Source of the DNA: Bryobacteraceae bacterium
Lineage (GTDB): Bacteria; Acidobacteriota; Terriglobia; Bryobacterales; Bryobacteraceae
Assembly (NCBI GenBank): GCA_035948775.1
Contig: DASZIV010000114.1
Span: 130,263-194,262 of the forward strand
Direction of reading: 5' to 3'
Length of the DNA stretch: 64,000 nucleotides
In this document: positions 28,543-37,727 of the stretch, piece by piece
Numbering within the stretch: the first letter of the stretch is position 1
How the letters are laid out: each line of letters starts with the position of its first letter
Translations under genes and position numbers: made by a program
Notes under the pieces: generated by a model
What the model saw: only the letters and a program-made list of their open reading frames with translations
Databases searched by the model: none
What the model was told of the DNA's origin: nothing

Positions 28543-28613
28543 CCAGCGACACGCGAATGATCTCGACGCCCGTCGCAGTGCCGCTCGGGAAGTAGGTTAG
28601 CGCAAGCCTTTTC

Positions 28614-29744
28614 CTACTCCAGCACGTAAATATTGCGGGCGGCGCACATCTGCTTCAGGATTTCGGGCCATACCGTGACGCTCACCTCGCCCAGGTGCGC
28701 CTTGCGCAACAGAAGCATCAAGGTACGCGATTGCCCGATGCCGCCGCCAATGCTGAGCGGGAGCTCGCCATTCACGATCGCCCGATGATACGGGTACTTC
28801 AAGAAATCCGTCTGCCCGGTGATCTCGAGCTGTTTCGGTAACGTCTGGGCATTCACGCGGATGCCCATCGACGTCAGCTCGTGGCGCCGTTTGGTCACGT
28901 GATTCCAAACCAGGATGTCGCCGTTCAGGCCGTGTGTCCGCGAACCCGTCTCAGTCACCCAATCGTCGTAATCGGCCGCGCGCATCTCGTGCGGGTAGCC
29001 GTCCTTCAGAGTCCAGCCAATGCCGATGATAAAGACCGCGGGCTGCTTCTGCAGGATGGCCGTCTCCCGCTGTTTCCGTGGCAAGTCCGGGTACATCTCC
29101 AGAATGTCTTCGGCGTGTAAGAAGGTCAGATCCTCAGGCAGACTTGGGTACCGGGAGTCCGCCAGCTTCGGAAAAAGTCCTAAAACATGTTTCTCCGCGC
29201 CTACTATGACGTGCCAGATTACGCGGACAGTGGCCTTCAAATAGTCGAGTGTGCGCTGACTCGGCGTGATCACTTTTTCCCAATCCCACTGGTCCACATA
29301 GGCGCTGTGATCGTGGTCCAGGAAGTAATCCTTGCGTACGGCGCGCATGTCCGTGCACAGGCCTTCGCCGACTTCCATCCCGAAACGTTGCAGCGCCACC
29401 CGTTTCCACTTAGTCGCAGCCTGGACCACCTGGGCGTCGATGGGATGCTGGTTGTGGTCGTTCGCAATGTGGAACTGGACAGGAGTGCGCGAGCCATCGC
29501 GATCCAGGTAATCGTTGACGCCACTCTCCACGTCGACGATCAGGGGAACCGTGACCATCATCAGGTTGAGTTTCTTTGTGAGGTTCTCTTCGATGTAGCT
29601 CTTTGCGGCAAAGATGGCCTGCTGCGTCTCCTTCGGGCTCAGCAGGGAATGATAGTCACGAGGAAGGACTTTTTCGAGCTCCGCGTAATCACCGATGCCG
29701 GGTCCGGCGAGATCCGCGCGTTTGGCGTCAACGCCAGTAGGCAT
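28614..29744 (-). CDS. asnA: aspartate--ammonia ligase (asparagine synthetase A)
   Basis: Alignable by eye to E. coli AsnA: 'YVDQWDWEKVI', 'GIGW...DGYPHEMRAADYDDW', 'GLNGDILVWN', 'LTSMGIRVN', 'GGGIGQSRTLMLLL'. Confidence 0.9.
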   Translation of the reverse strand: MPTGVDAKRADLAGPGIGDYAELEKVLPRDYHSLLSPKETQQAIFAAKSYIEENLTKKLNLMMVTVPLIVDVESGVNDYLDRDGSRTPVQFHIANDHNQHPIDAQVVQAATKWKRVALQRFGMEVGEGLCTDMRAVRKDYFLDHDHSAYVDQWDWEKVITPSQRTLDYLKATVRVIWHVIVGAEKHVLGLFPKLADSRYPSLPEDLTFLHAEDILEMYPDLPRKQRETAILQKQPAVFIIGIGWTLKDGYPHEMRAADYDDWVTETGSRTHGLNGDILVWNHVTKRRHELTSMGIRVNAQTLPKQLEITGQTDFLKYPYHRAIVNGELPLSIGGGIGQSRTLMLLLRKAHLGEVSVTVWPEILKQMCAARNIYVLE

Positions 29745-29796
29745 ACAGGGCCTCCAAAGAGATAATCGTATCCGGTCCTATTGTAACGCTGTGGCG

Positions 29797-30246
29797 CTAC
29801 TCCGGGCACAGCCGCCGCAGCAGCCGGACCTGGCCCGCGTGGTACAGATCATGCGCCGCGATTCCGCGGATCAAGTGCAACGTTTTTCGGTCGCGCCAAC
29901 GCGAGGCCGGCAGTTCCACCAGCATACGCCGCAGGGCGCGGTGCTCGCCCACCAGGATATCGACATCCGCCTTCCAGGCTGCCTCACTCGCTTCGACCGG
30001 GCGCGAGAAAAAATTGCTGCCCGGCAAAACGAAGCGCCCGCGTTTTTCACGCGTAATCCGGCGGCGCACCACATATTTCCAGTACGCAGCGTGGAGGGTC
30101 AGTTCCCAAATGTTGTGGCGCCCTGGAGCAGGCCGCCAGGCAGCCTCACGCGCGTCGACACCGCGGATCGAACTCCGCAGGTTGGGGCCGTGCCAGGATT
30201 TTTTGTCGAATGCCTCGTCGATCAGATCGAGGATTTCCGTTTTCAT
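29797..30246 (-). CDS. DinB-family protein
   Basis: 'WHGPNLRSSI...IWELTLHAAYWKY...AAHDLYHAGQV'. Overlaps the upstream gene by 4 nt. Confidence 0.7.
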   Translation of the reverse strand: MKTEILDLIDEAFDKKSWHGPNLRSSIRGVDAREAAWRPAPGRHNIWELTLHAAYWKYVVRRRITREKRGRFVLPGSNFFSRPVEASEAAWKADVDILVGEHRALRRMLVELPASRWRDRKTLHLIRGIAAHDLYHAGQVRLLRRLCPE

Positions 30247-31127
30247 CGAGCCGCGGCGTCGCCTGCTTTGGCCGGATGCTTGAGCTCACCGTCGATGATG
30301 GGCTTCAACGCGGCTACTGTGAGCGCTCCGTTGAAGCGGCGGCCATCGACAAACAGCGTGGGCGTGGAATCGACACCGATTTTTTCGCCTTCGGAGATCT
30401 CTTTGGTCACCGCCTTCTTGACGTCGGCGGAATCCAGATCCGCCTGGAAGCGGTTCATGTCGAGACCGTTGGCTTTGGCCAGCGCTATGATCTTCTGCCG
30501 GGAGAGATTGCCCTGCAGAGAGAACATGGCATCATGCATCTGCCAGAACTTGCCTTGTTTGTGGGCAGCCAACGCAGCCGCAGCCGCCAGCGCCGCTTGG
30601 GAGTGACTATCCAGCGGGAATTGCTTGAAAATCAGCTTCACCTGTGAAGGGTAGGCCTTCAGCAGCGTATCCAACTGCGGCGTAGCCGCCACGCAGAACG
30701 GACATTGGAAATCCGAAAATTCCACCAGGGTAATGCGCGCGTTCCCAGGACCACGGACCGGCGCATCGGCCACCGGAATGGTCACCGGGTCTTCCAGAGT
30801 TTGCGAGTGATCCTTGCCCCACTGGGAATCCTTGACCGCCGCCATGGTCTGGGCATCGGTCTTTCCGTGTTTCACCGAGTCCACGATGAGCGCCGCCAGG
30901 TTCTTGCTGTAGGAACAGTTCGGGTCTTTCATGCGGCACTCGGCCATCTTCATGCCGCACCCGCAGGTGCAATTGTCTTCCCGCAGCAGCTTGAGAACCC
31001 TGGTCTTCTGCGCCGGTGTAAGCCCGGTAAAATCCACGCTCGGCAGAACCGTGGCGGTGGTCCAGTCCTGAGCGAAAAGCAGGACAGCGGACAAGATAGA
31101 TAGCCCCGCAATCCTCTGTGCGCGCAT
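30243..31127 (-). CDS. DsbA-family thiol:disulfide oxidoreductase with N-terminal Cys-rich module
   Basis: 'FSDFQCPFC' thioredoxin motif. It is preceded by 'CTCGCGMKMAECRMKDPNC'. Signal peptide 'MRAQRIAGLSILSAVLLFAQ' begins at the internal Met (31127). Confidence 0.8.
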   Translation of the reverse strand: MRAQRIAGLSILSAVLLFAQDWTTATVLPSVDFTGLTPAQKTRVLKLLREDNCTCGCGMKMAECRMKDPNCSYSKNLAALIVDSVKHGKTDAQTMAAVKDSQWGKDHSQTLEDPVTIPVADAPVRGPGNARITLVEFSDFQCPFCVAATPQLDTLLKAYPSQVKLIFKQFPLDSHSQAALAAAAALAAHKQGKFWQMHDAMFSLQGNLSRQKIIALAKANGLDMNRFQADLDSADVKKAVTKEISEGEKIGVDSTPTLFVDGRRFNGALTVAALKPIIDGELKHPAKAGDAAAR

Positions 31128-31196
31128 CCCTCGATATCTCCTGTGTCTATTGTAATCCACCGCATCAGGCGCCATTTGCGAGAATGGTGGCGCGTA

Positions 31197-32885
31197 ATGT
31201 TTCTGTTCGATTTCTTCCGCTCGTTCCTGCCGCTCCATAATCCCATCGGCTTTGGCGCCAGCGATTTCCTGTTACTTGTCTTTGGGTTGCTGCTGTTAGC
31301 CGCGGCGGTGTTCTGGCGGCGCTGGATGCAGCCTTGGGCCGCCCGCTTCGCGTCGAAGACGGCGTGGTGCATGCTCTTGCTAGCGGTTTTGCCGGTGGTA
31401 TTACGCCTGGCGTTGCTGCCCCACCACCCGACGCCGTCTCCCGACGTATATGACGAGTTCAGCCATCTGCTAATGGCGGATACGCTGCGGCATTTCCGCC
31501 TGGCCAACCTGACGCATCCGCTGCATCAATTCTTCGAAACACAGTTTGTGCTCCAGGAGCCTTCCTATAGTTCCATCTATCCGCCTGGACAAGGCCTGAT
31601 CCTGGCGCTGGGATGGATGGTGTTCGGGCATCCGTGGGCTGGAGTTCTGCTCGCCACCGCGGCACTGTGCGCGCTGTGCTATTGGATGCTGCGCGGTTGG
31701 GTGACGCCCGGTTGGGCACTGGCGGGCGGGGTCCTGGCGGTCATCGAATTCGGCCCGCTGAACCAGTGGATGAACGGCTACTGGGGTGGCGCGGCTGCGG
31801 CCGCAGCGGGCTGCCTGGTTTTCGGAGCGCTGCCCCGGCTGCTCCGCGATGCCCGCCCGCGGGATGCAGTCCTGTTGGGCGCGGGGTTCGGACTACACCT
31901 GTTGATCCGGCCGTACGAATCGATATTCCTGGCGCTCAGCGTGGTGCTCTTCCTGACCCCGGCGCTGCGCCAAAAGGGCCAATGGCGTATCCTCGCGAGG
32001 GTGGCGCCGGCGGCCGGGTTGGCGCTGCTTCCGGCCATCGGTCTCCTGCTGGTGCAGAACCGGCAAGTCACCGGACAGTGGCTGACCATGCCTTACACGG
32101 CCAGTCAGTATCAATACGGTGTGCCGGCGGGGTTTACGTTCCAACAACCGGCGGTTCCCCACCGCGACCTGAACCGCGAGCAGGCGCTCAACTACCGCAT
32201 GCAACTCTCGTTTCGCGGGGCGCGCGAAACGGTCACATCCTTTCTGGAACGCCTGGAATACCGAGTCCGCTTCTACCGCTTCTTCTTTCTCGCGCCGCTT
32301 TACCTGGCGTTGCCGGGATTTCTCTGGGCCATGCGAGAACAACGGTTCGTATGGGTCGGGCTCACGCTCGCGCTCTTCGCGCTGGGCTCGAACTTCTACC
32401 CGAACTTTGAGCCGCACTACATTGCGGCCGTCACCTGCCTGTTTGTGCTGGCCGCGGTAGTGGGATTGCAGCAATGGGAGCGACTCAGTAAGGACGCCGC
32501 GCAACTGATTGCGTCCCTCTGCTTCGCGTCATTCATCTTCTGGTACAGCATGCACCTGTTCGATACCCAGGAGTTCTCCCTGGGGGTCCGCCAGTATGAG
32601 ACTTGGGACGGGCTCAACCACCGCAATCCAGCGGCGCGGATCGCGGTGAACCAGCAACTGAACAACATGCCCGGCAAACTGCTGGTATTCGTGCGCTACT
32701 ACCCGCAGCATATCTTTCAGGAAGAGTGGGTGTACAACAGCGCGGACATCGATGGTTCGCGGGTGGTATGGGCGCGCGATCTGGGCGCGGATGAAAATGC
32801 GAAACTGCGCGCCTACTACCCGGATCGGTCGGCCTGGCTGCTGGAGCCGGATTTCCGCCCGCCGCGGCTCCGGCCGTATCAGTAA
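31197..32885 (+). CDS. polytopic integral membrane protein, function unknown (possibly GT-C/PMT-like)
   Basis: About 12 hydrophobic segments and a soluble C-terminus. The first ATG is at 31197. I cannot assign a family with confidence. Confidence 0.6.
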   Translation: MFLFDFFRSFLPLHNPIGFGASDFLLLVFGLLLLAAAVFWRRWMQPWAARFASKTAWCMLLLAVLPVVLRLALLPHHPTPSPDVYDEFSHLLMADTLRHFRLANLTHPLHQFFETQFVLQEPSYSSIYPPGQGLILALGWMVFGHPWAGVLLATAALCALCYWMLRGWVTPGWALAGGVLAVIEFGPLNQWMNGYWGGAAAAAAGCLVFGALPRLLRDARPRDAVLLGAGFGLHLLIRPYESIFLALSVVLFLTPALRQKGQWRILARVAPAAGLALLPAIGLLLVQNRQVTGQWLTMPYTASQYQYGVPAGFTFQQPAVPHRDLNREQALNYRMQLSFRGARETVTSFLERLEYRVRFYRFFFLAPLYLALPGFLWAMREQRFVWVGLTLALFALGSNFYPNFEPHYIAAVTCLFVLAAVVGLQQWERLSKDAAQLIASLCFASFIFWYSMHLFDTQEFSLGVRQYETWDGLNHRNPAARIAVNQQLNNMPGKLLVFVRYYPQHIFQEEWVYNSADIDGSRVVWARDLGADENAKLRAYYPDRSAWLLEPDFRPPRLRPYQ

Positions 32886-33281
32886 CGCCGGAGTAGTAAA
32901 ACGATGCCACTCGTGCCCGGTGGCCGCCGGTCGCGCCCGGGAGCTCCGCGGCTCGCATTTGGGTTCGTTTTGTGGGTAAGATGTACTTTGGTTTCATTGG
33001 GTTGGAGCCGCAAATGGGTTTGTTTCGCAGTTTCGCAATTCTTGATGTGACTTGTTAACCGACCGCCCACATAAGGCAGTGGCAATGAGGCTCCGCCCCT
33101 CCACATATAGCATGGGAAGAGACAGGCAAATTGTTTTTTCGAGGGCTTGTGACGTAGCGACGTTACGGCCAAGCGCCGAGGCTTACATAATCTAGGATTA
33201 TCGGCGAAATGGCGGCCCAGACGGCTGGCAAGCAGGGAGCCAGCAACCAAACCATCTGTTTGGTCGTTCGTCGAAGCAGGA

Positions 33282-34214
33282 ATGAGGTCCGCCACAAAAG
33301 CCATTTGCAGTTTGGCGCTCGCCGGTGCGGCGGCTGTGTCCTCCGCTCAACCGCAGAAAAGTCAGCGGGCGTTTGACGTCGCCTCCGTCAAGCCGAATAA
33401 ATCCGACGACCCACCTCACTCAAATTTCCCTCTCAACTCGGGAGACTCTTATACGGCTAATGGGGGCTTGTTTTCCGCCACCAACTTCCCTCTCGTCTCT
33501 TACATCTTCTTCGCATACAAGTTGCAGGGCAATCAGGGCCTGCCCCTGGTGCGGCAACTGCCGGGCTGGGTCACGACCGATCGGTTCGACATCCAGGCGC
33601 GCGCCGACGGCAATCCGACCAAAGATCAGATGCGGTTGATGATGCGGTCCCTGCTCGCGGACCGCTTCAAATTCCTGTTACACACCGAGGCGCGCGAAAG
33701 CCCCGTCCTCGCTTTCGTACTAGCGAAAGCCGACAAGACTGGCCCTCAGCTCCAACCCCATCCCGCCAACGCGCCGTGTCAGACCGCGGTCGCGCCACCG
33801 TCCGCAGCCGGTCCGATCCCTGATTCTTTCCAACAATTGGTGGCGGGTGACTTTCCGGCTTTGTGCAACAGCATACTGGGCTTGCCGGCCAGTGTGCCCG
33901 GCCGCTCCCGATTAGCAGGGCGTAACGTATCCATCGGCTTCATGGCGGACTTGCTGAGTCAGAGAGTCGACCTCGGCCGCCCGATTGTTGATGCTACCCG
34001 GCTTACAGGGACTTTCGACTTTCTTCTCGAGTTTACCCCCGACTCCCGGTCTCTCGCACCATCAGCTCCGCCAGGGTTGAGCGGCGCATCAGATCCTGAC
34101 GGGCCCACGTTCGAGCAGGCCCTCCGCGATCAGCTCGGATTGAAACTGGAACGGCGCACCAGCACAATAGAAGTGATGGTGCTCGATCATGTCGAGCACC
34201 CGTCGGAGAACTGA
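33282..34214 (+). CDS. TIGR03435-family (soil-associated) secreted protein
   Basis: Signal peptide, 'FDVASVKPNKS', 'DRFKFLLHTE', 'TGTFDFLLEF', and the C-terminal 'IEVMVLDHVEHPSEN' characteristic of the family. Confidence 0.75.
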   Translation: MRSATKAICSLALAGAAAVSSAQPQKSQRAFDVASVKPNKSDDPPHSNFPLNSGDSYTANGGLFSATNFPLVSYIFFAYKLQGNQGLPLVRQLPGWVTTDRFDIQARADGNPTKDQMRLMMRSLLADRFKFLLHTEARESPVLAFVLAKADKTGPQLQPHPANAPCQTAVAPPSAAGPIPDSFQQLVAGDFPALCNSILGLPASVPGRSRLAGRNVSIGFMADLLSQRVDLGRPIVDATRLTGTFDFLLEFTPDSRSLAPSAPPGLSGASDPDGPTFEQALRDQLGLKLERRTSTIEVMVLDHVEHPSEN

Positions 34215-34383
34215 GATGGAGCCCTTAAGAGCTATTTTCGGCGGGGCCAAGGGAACGATTGTGTTGTTCCCCCCGGAGCCGCCGTCGCGAGGCTGAGACG
34301 GCCGGAACGGGCAGTCAAGGGCTCGCCGGAAGGCGTGGCGCTCGAGGTAGGTTATTGCCAGATTCAAGGAGGTCTGAACACAA

Positions 34384-35045
34384 ATGCGCCCCTCAATCGG
34401 TCGTACAGTTGGGCTGACACTGCTCGCGGTAGTGCTTGCCTCGGCTCAAACGATCCGGCCTGCTTTTAGCGCTTTTGAGGTCGCCACCATTAAGCCGGTC
34501 GGGCCTGACGACCTCCGCGCCGGGCGTTACATCCGGATGCAAGGCGGGCACAGGGTCGGAGTGAAAAGCTATACCGTGAACGGTTTGATTGCGGCCGCGT
34601 ATGACCTGAATCCCTGCGCGATCTCAGGCGATTCTGGATGGTCGGGATCGGACCTCTACGACATCGTCGCTAAGACGCCAAGCGACCAGCGCCCCACATA
34701 CGACGAGCAGATGGTGATGCTGAAGAAGCTTCTCACGGATCGGTTCAATCTTGCGATTCATCGAGAGGAGAGGGAATTCTCGATTTACGAACTCACAGTC
34801 GCGAAGGGAGGCCCAAAGACTAAGACAAGCACCGCACCGTTCCTTGCCGGACGTTACGATTTCGATCTCGAATGGACGCCGGACAACAGCCAGTTCGGTG
34901 GGCAGCTCCCGTCGGGTGCTCCGGATTCCGACAAGCCTGGGTTTTCACTACTGTTCAGGAACAACTCGGTCTCAGAATAGAGGCGGCTAGAGGGCCGTTG
35001 GCTGTGCTCGTGATGGACAAGCTTGACAGACCCTCGGAAAATTGA
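34384..35045 (+). pseudogene. TIGR03435-family paralogue, frameshifted and internally shortened
   Basis: The ORF stops at 34980. The family's conserved C-terminus ('VFTTVQEQLGLRIEAARGPLAVLVMDKLDRPSEN*') continues in the +1 frame to 35045. The segment before 'GRYDFDLEW' is much shorter than in the 33282 paralogue. Confidence 0.6.
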
Positions 35046-35263
35046 CCCACGGGTTTCTTAGACGATAAAGAGTATGTTGCCGTCTAAGAATTTCAGCGAT
35101 TGCGCGGTGCGCGCTACTGGTTTTTCCGGCTGCGCCTTTTTGCTTCGTGCCATTGCTCCGCTAGAAAGTGCCTTAATTCCCATGGCGCGTTGCCTGTCCC
35201 ATTTTGTTCCTGACCAAAAAAATGCTACAGCCGGATGCCCGCCAACGGGCGGCACCCAGCAAC

Positions 35264-37720
35264 CTATTCATATCGCAGTGCCTGTATGGGATCGACCCGG
35301 CTCGCGCGCATCGCCGGCAGCCATACGGCGACCAACGCAACGCTAACCAATACTATTAGAACCACAGTGAAGACCAGCGGGTCCCACGCCATCACACCAA
35401 ACAAAGAGCTGGCGAGCAAGCGTGTCAGTCCTAAAGCCGCGGCGAGCCCGCAAACCACACCCGCCAGAGCAGGCCGCAGGCCCTGAACCACCACCATTTT
35501 TCGGATGTCCCGAGATGCCGCGCCCAGGGCCAGCCGGATTCCGATTTCCGGAACGCGCTGCGCCACCGAGTAGGCCATCAATCCGTAAATTCCGATGGCC
35601 GCCAGCAGCAGCGCCGAGCAGCCGAAGATCGTCAGCACCAGCGTATTGAAGTTCTCGGCGGCCATGGACCGCGATAAGGTTTCCTCCATCGTACGAACCT
35701 GGCCCACCGGCAGGCCTCCACTGGCTTCGCGCAGCTCTTTCTGAATCGCTACACGCAACGATAGGGGCGCCACTCGGGTCCGGATCACCCAAGCCCAGGG
35801 TTGCAACTTCAGCATCCCGTTTCCGGTGACCGAAGGCAGGTACACGTTGGGGCGCGGATCGCGATTGAGAGCCTCTTCGCGAACATCGCCGACCACGCCA
35901 ATGATCTGGCGCGGAGTCTGATCGCCGATGAAGATTCGATCCCGCAACGGGTCGCCGGCCGGCCAGTACCGCTTTGCCGCCGTCTGATTGATAATGACCA
36001 CCGGCGGCCCACTCTCGTCCCGTTCCGAAAAGGCGCGTCCCTGCAGGACGGGAATTTGGAAGGCCTCGAAGTAGCCCGCGGAAACCAGCGTCCATCCCGT
36101 GAGGCCTCCGGCGTTCGATCCGGTGGGGCGTCCCGCAATTTGGAAAGCTCCGCGCAACCGGTCCTCCAGAGGCACGCAGCACGTAGTGGCCGCCACTTCG
36201 ACACCCGGCAGCGCACGAAGGCGGCGAACTCCCTCGTGAATCACTTCTGTAGCGCCTGCCGGCTTTTCGAACTGCGCACCGGTTAGCGACATCCGCACCG
36301 TCAAAACATTGTGTGCATCGAAGCCGGGATTCACCCGGCGAATCGCCAGGAAGCTGCGGATGAGCAGGGCCGCGCCGATTAATAGCACCACCGCCAGCGC
36401 CATCTCGGTGGTCACCAGTATCGCCCGCGTCTGATTGTGCCGGAAGCCCGTGCCGCTGCGATTACTGCTCTCTTTCAGAGCCCTGCTCAAATCAGCCCGC
36501 GACGATTCGAGAGCGGGAACGAGTCCGAACAGAATGCCGGTCAGAATCGAAAGGGCGAGCGTGAATACCAAAACACGCCAGTCGAGGCTCACATTGACGC
36601 CGCCTGTCCCGATGCGCGGGATGTTGCCGGGAATGAGGCTCAGGATGGCGCGGATGCCCGCATAGCTCGCCACCAGACCCAAAACGCCACCGGCCAGCGA
36701 TAGCATCACGCTTTCCGTAAGAAGTTGGCGGATGATCCGCCCGCGTCCGGCTCCTACTGCCGCGCGAATGGCAATCTCCCGTTTCCGGCCCGTGGCGCGC
36801 GCCAGCAGCAGGTTGGCGACATTTGCTAAAGCAATCAGCAGCACCAAGCCGACCGCGCCCAAAAGGATCAACAGCGAATTCCGCACGCCACCGACGATGG
36901 CGGCCTGCAAAGGCTGTATCCCAAATTCCCTGCCAGGGAAATCGATGCCCGGCCACTTGCGCGCGAACTCCGGATAACTCACCTGTACTTGCGCTTGGGC
37001 GGCCGCTATGGTTACTCCGGGTTTTAAGCGCCCGGCGACATTGAAATAATGACCCTGACTTGCGCTATGGGGGTCAATCTGGAAAGCAATATAGACGTCC
37101 GGCGGCGAGTTGATTTCGATGTCGCCGGACAACGTGGATCGTTCTGCGACCTGACCGTTTTGCAGCTGAGTGCCGAGCACGCCGATGATTTCATATCGCT
37201 CGCCGCTCAGGTTCATGCGCCTGCCGATCACGTGGGGATCGCCCCCAAAGTGCCGCTGCCAGAACGCGTAGGCGAGCACCGCGGTCTTAGGCGCGTTGGG
37301 CAGATCGTCCGCAGCGATGAACGTGCGGCCCTTGAGCGCATAGGCGCCGCACAGCCGGAAGAAGTTCGCGCTGACGTGCATCAGCGGGATCTGCTCGGGC
37401 AAGGATTCGCCGGTCAAATTAGCGATGTTGAAGTCGTACGCGGAAACATCCTGGAAGGCGACGGTCTGCTGCCGCCACCAATTGAATTCGGTGGGTGCCG
37501 CGCTACCGCTGCGGCCCGCCGGAAAGACGTTTTGAAACATCACGACCCGCTCGGGATCGGGATAGGCGAAGGGTTTTAAAAGGATGGTATTGACCACCGA
37601 GAAAATCGCAGTGTTGGTGGCGATGCCCAGCGGCAGGGCTGCGATTGCCGTAAGAGTGAAGCCCGGGGACCGGCGAAACATGCGCGCGGAATGTTTCAGG
37701 TCCTTTAAGAACGCATCCAT
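35264..37720 (-). CDS. duplicated MacB/FtsX-type ABC transporter permease (ADOP/TIGR03434-like), no adjacent ATPase
   Basis: 'MDAFLKDLKHSARMFRRSPGFTLTAIAALPLGIATNTAIFSVVN' N-terminus and two MacB_PCD + FtsX halves. The start at 37720 is 7 nt after the upstream stop. Confidence 0.85.
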   Translation of the reverse strand: MDAFLKDLKHSARMFRRSPGFTLTAIAALPLGIATNTAIFSVVNTILLKPFAYPDPERVVMFQNVFPAGRSGSAAPTEFNWWRQQTVAFQDVSAYDFNIANLTGESLPEQIPLMHVSANFFRLCGAYALKGRTFIAADDLPNAPKTAVLAYAFWQRHFGGDPHVIGRRMNLSGERYEIIGVLGTQLQNGQVAERSTLSGDIEINSPPDVYIAFQIDPHSASQGHYFNVAGRLKPGVTIAAAQAQVQVSYPEFARKWPGIDFPGREFGIQPLQAAIVGGVRNSLLILLGAVGLVLLIALANVANLLLARATGRKREIAIRAAVGAGRGRIIRQLLTESVMLSLAGGVLGLVASYAGIRAILSLIPGNIPRIGTGGVNVSLDWRVLVFTLALSILTGILFGLVPALESSRADLSRALKESSNRSGTGFRHNQTRAILVTTEMALAVVLLIGAALLIRSFLAIRRVNPGFDAHNVLTVRMSLTGAQFEKPAGATEVIHEGVRRLRALPGVEVAATTCCVPLEDRLRGAFQIAGRPTGSNAGGLTGWTLVSAGYFEAFQIPVLQGRAFSERDESGPPVVIINQTAAKRYWPAGDPLRDRIFIGDQTPRQIIGVVGDVREEALNRDPRPNVYLPSVTGNGMLKLQPWAWVIRTRVAPLSLRVAIQKELREASGGLPVGQVRTMEETLSRSMAAENFNTLVLTIFGCSALLLAAIGIYGLMAYSVAQRVPEIGIRLALGAASRDIRKMVVVQGLRPALAGVVCGLAAALGLTRLLASSLFGVMAWDPLVFTVVLIVLVSVALVAVWLPAMRASRVDPIQALRYE

Positions 37721-37727
37721 GGCGAAG

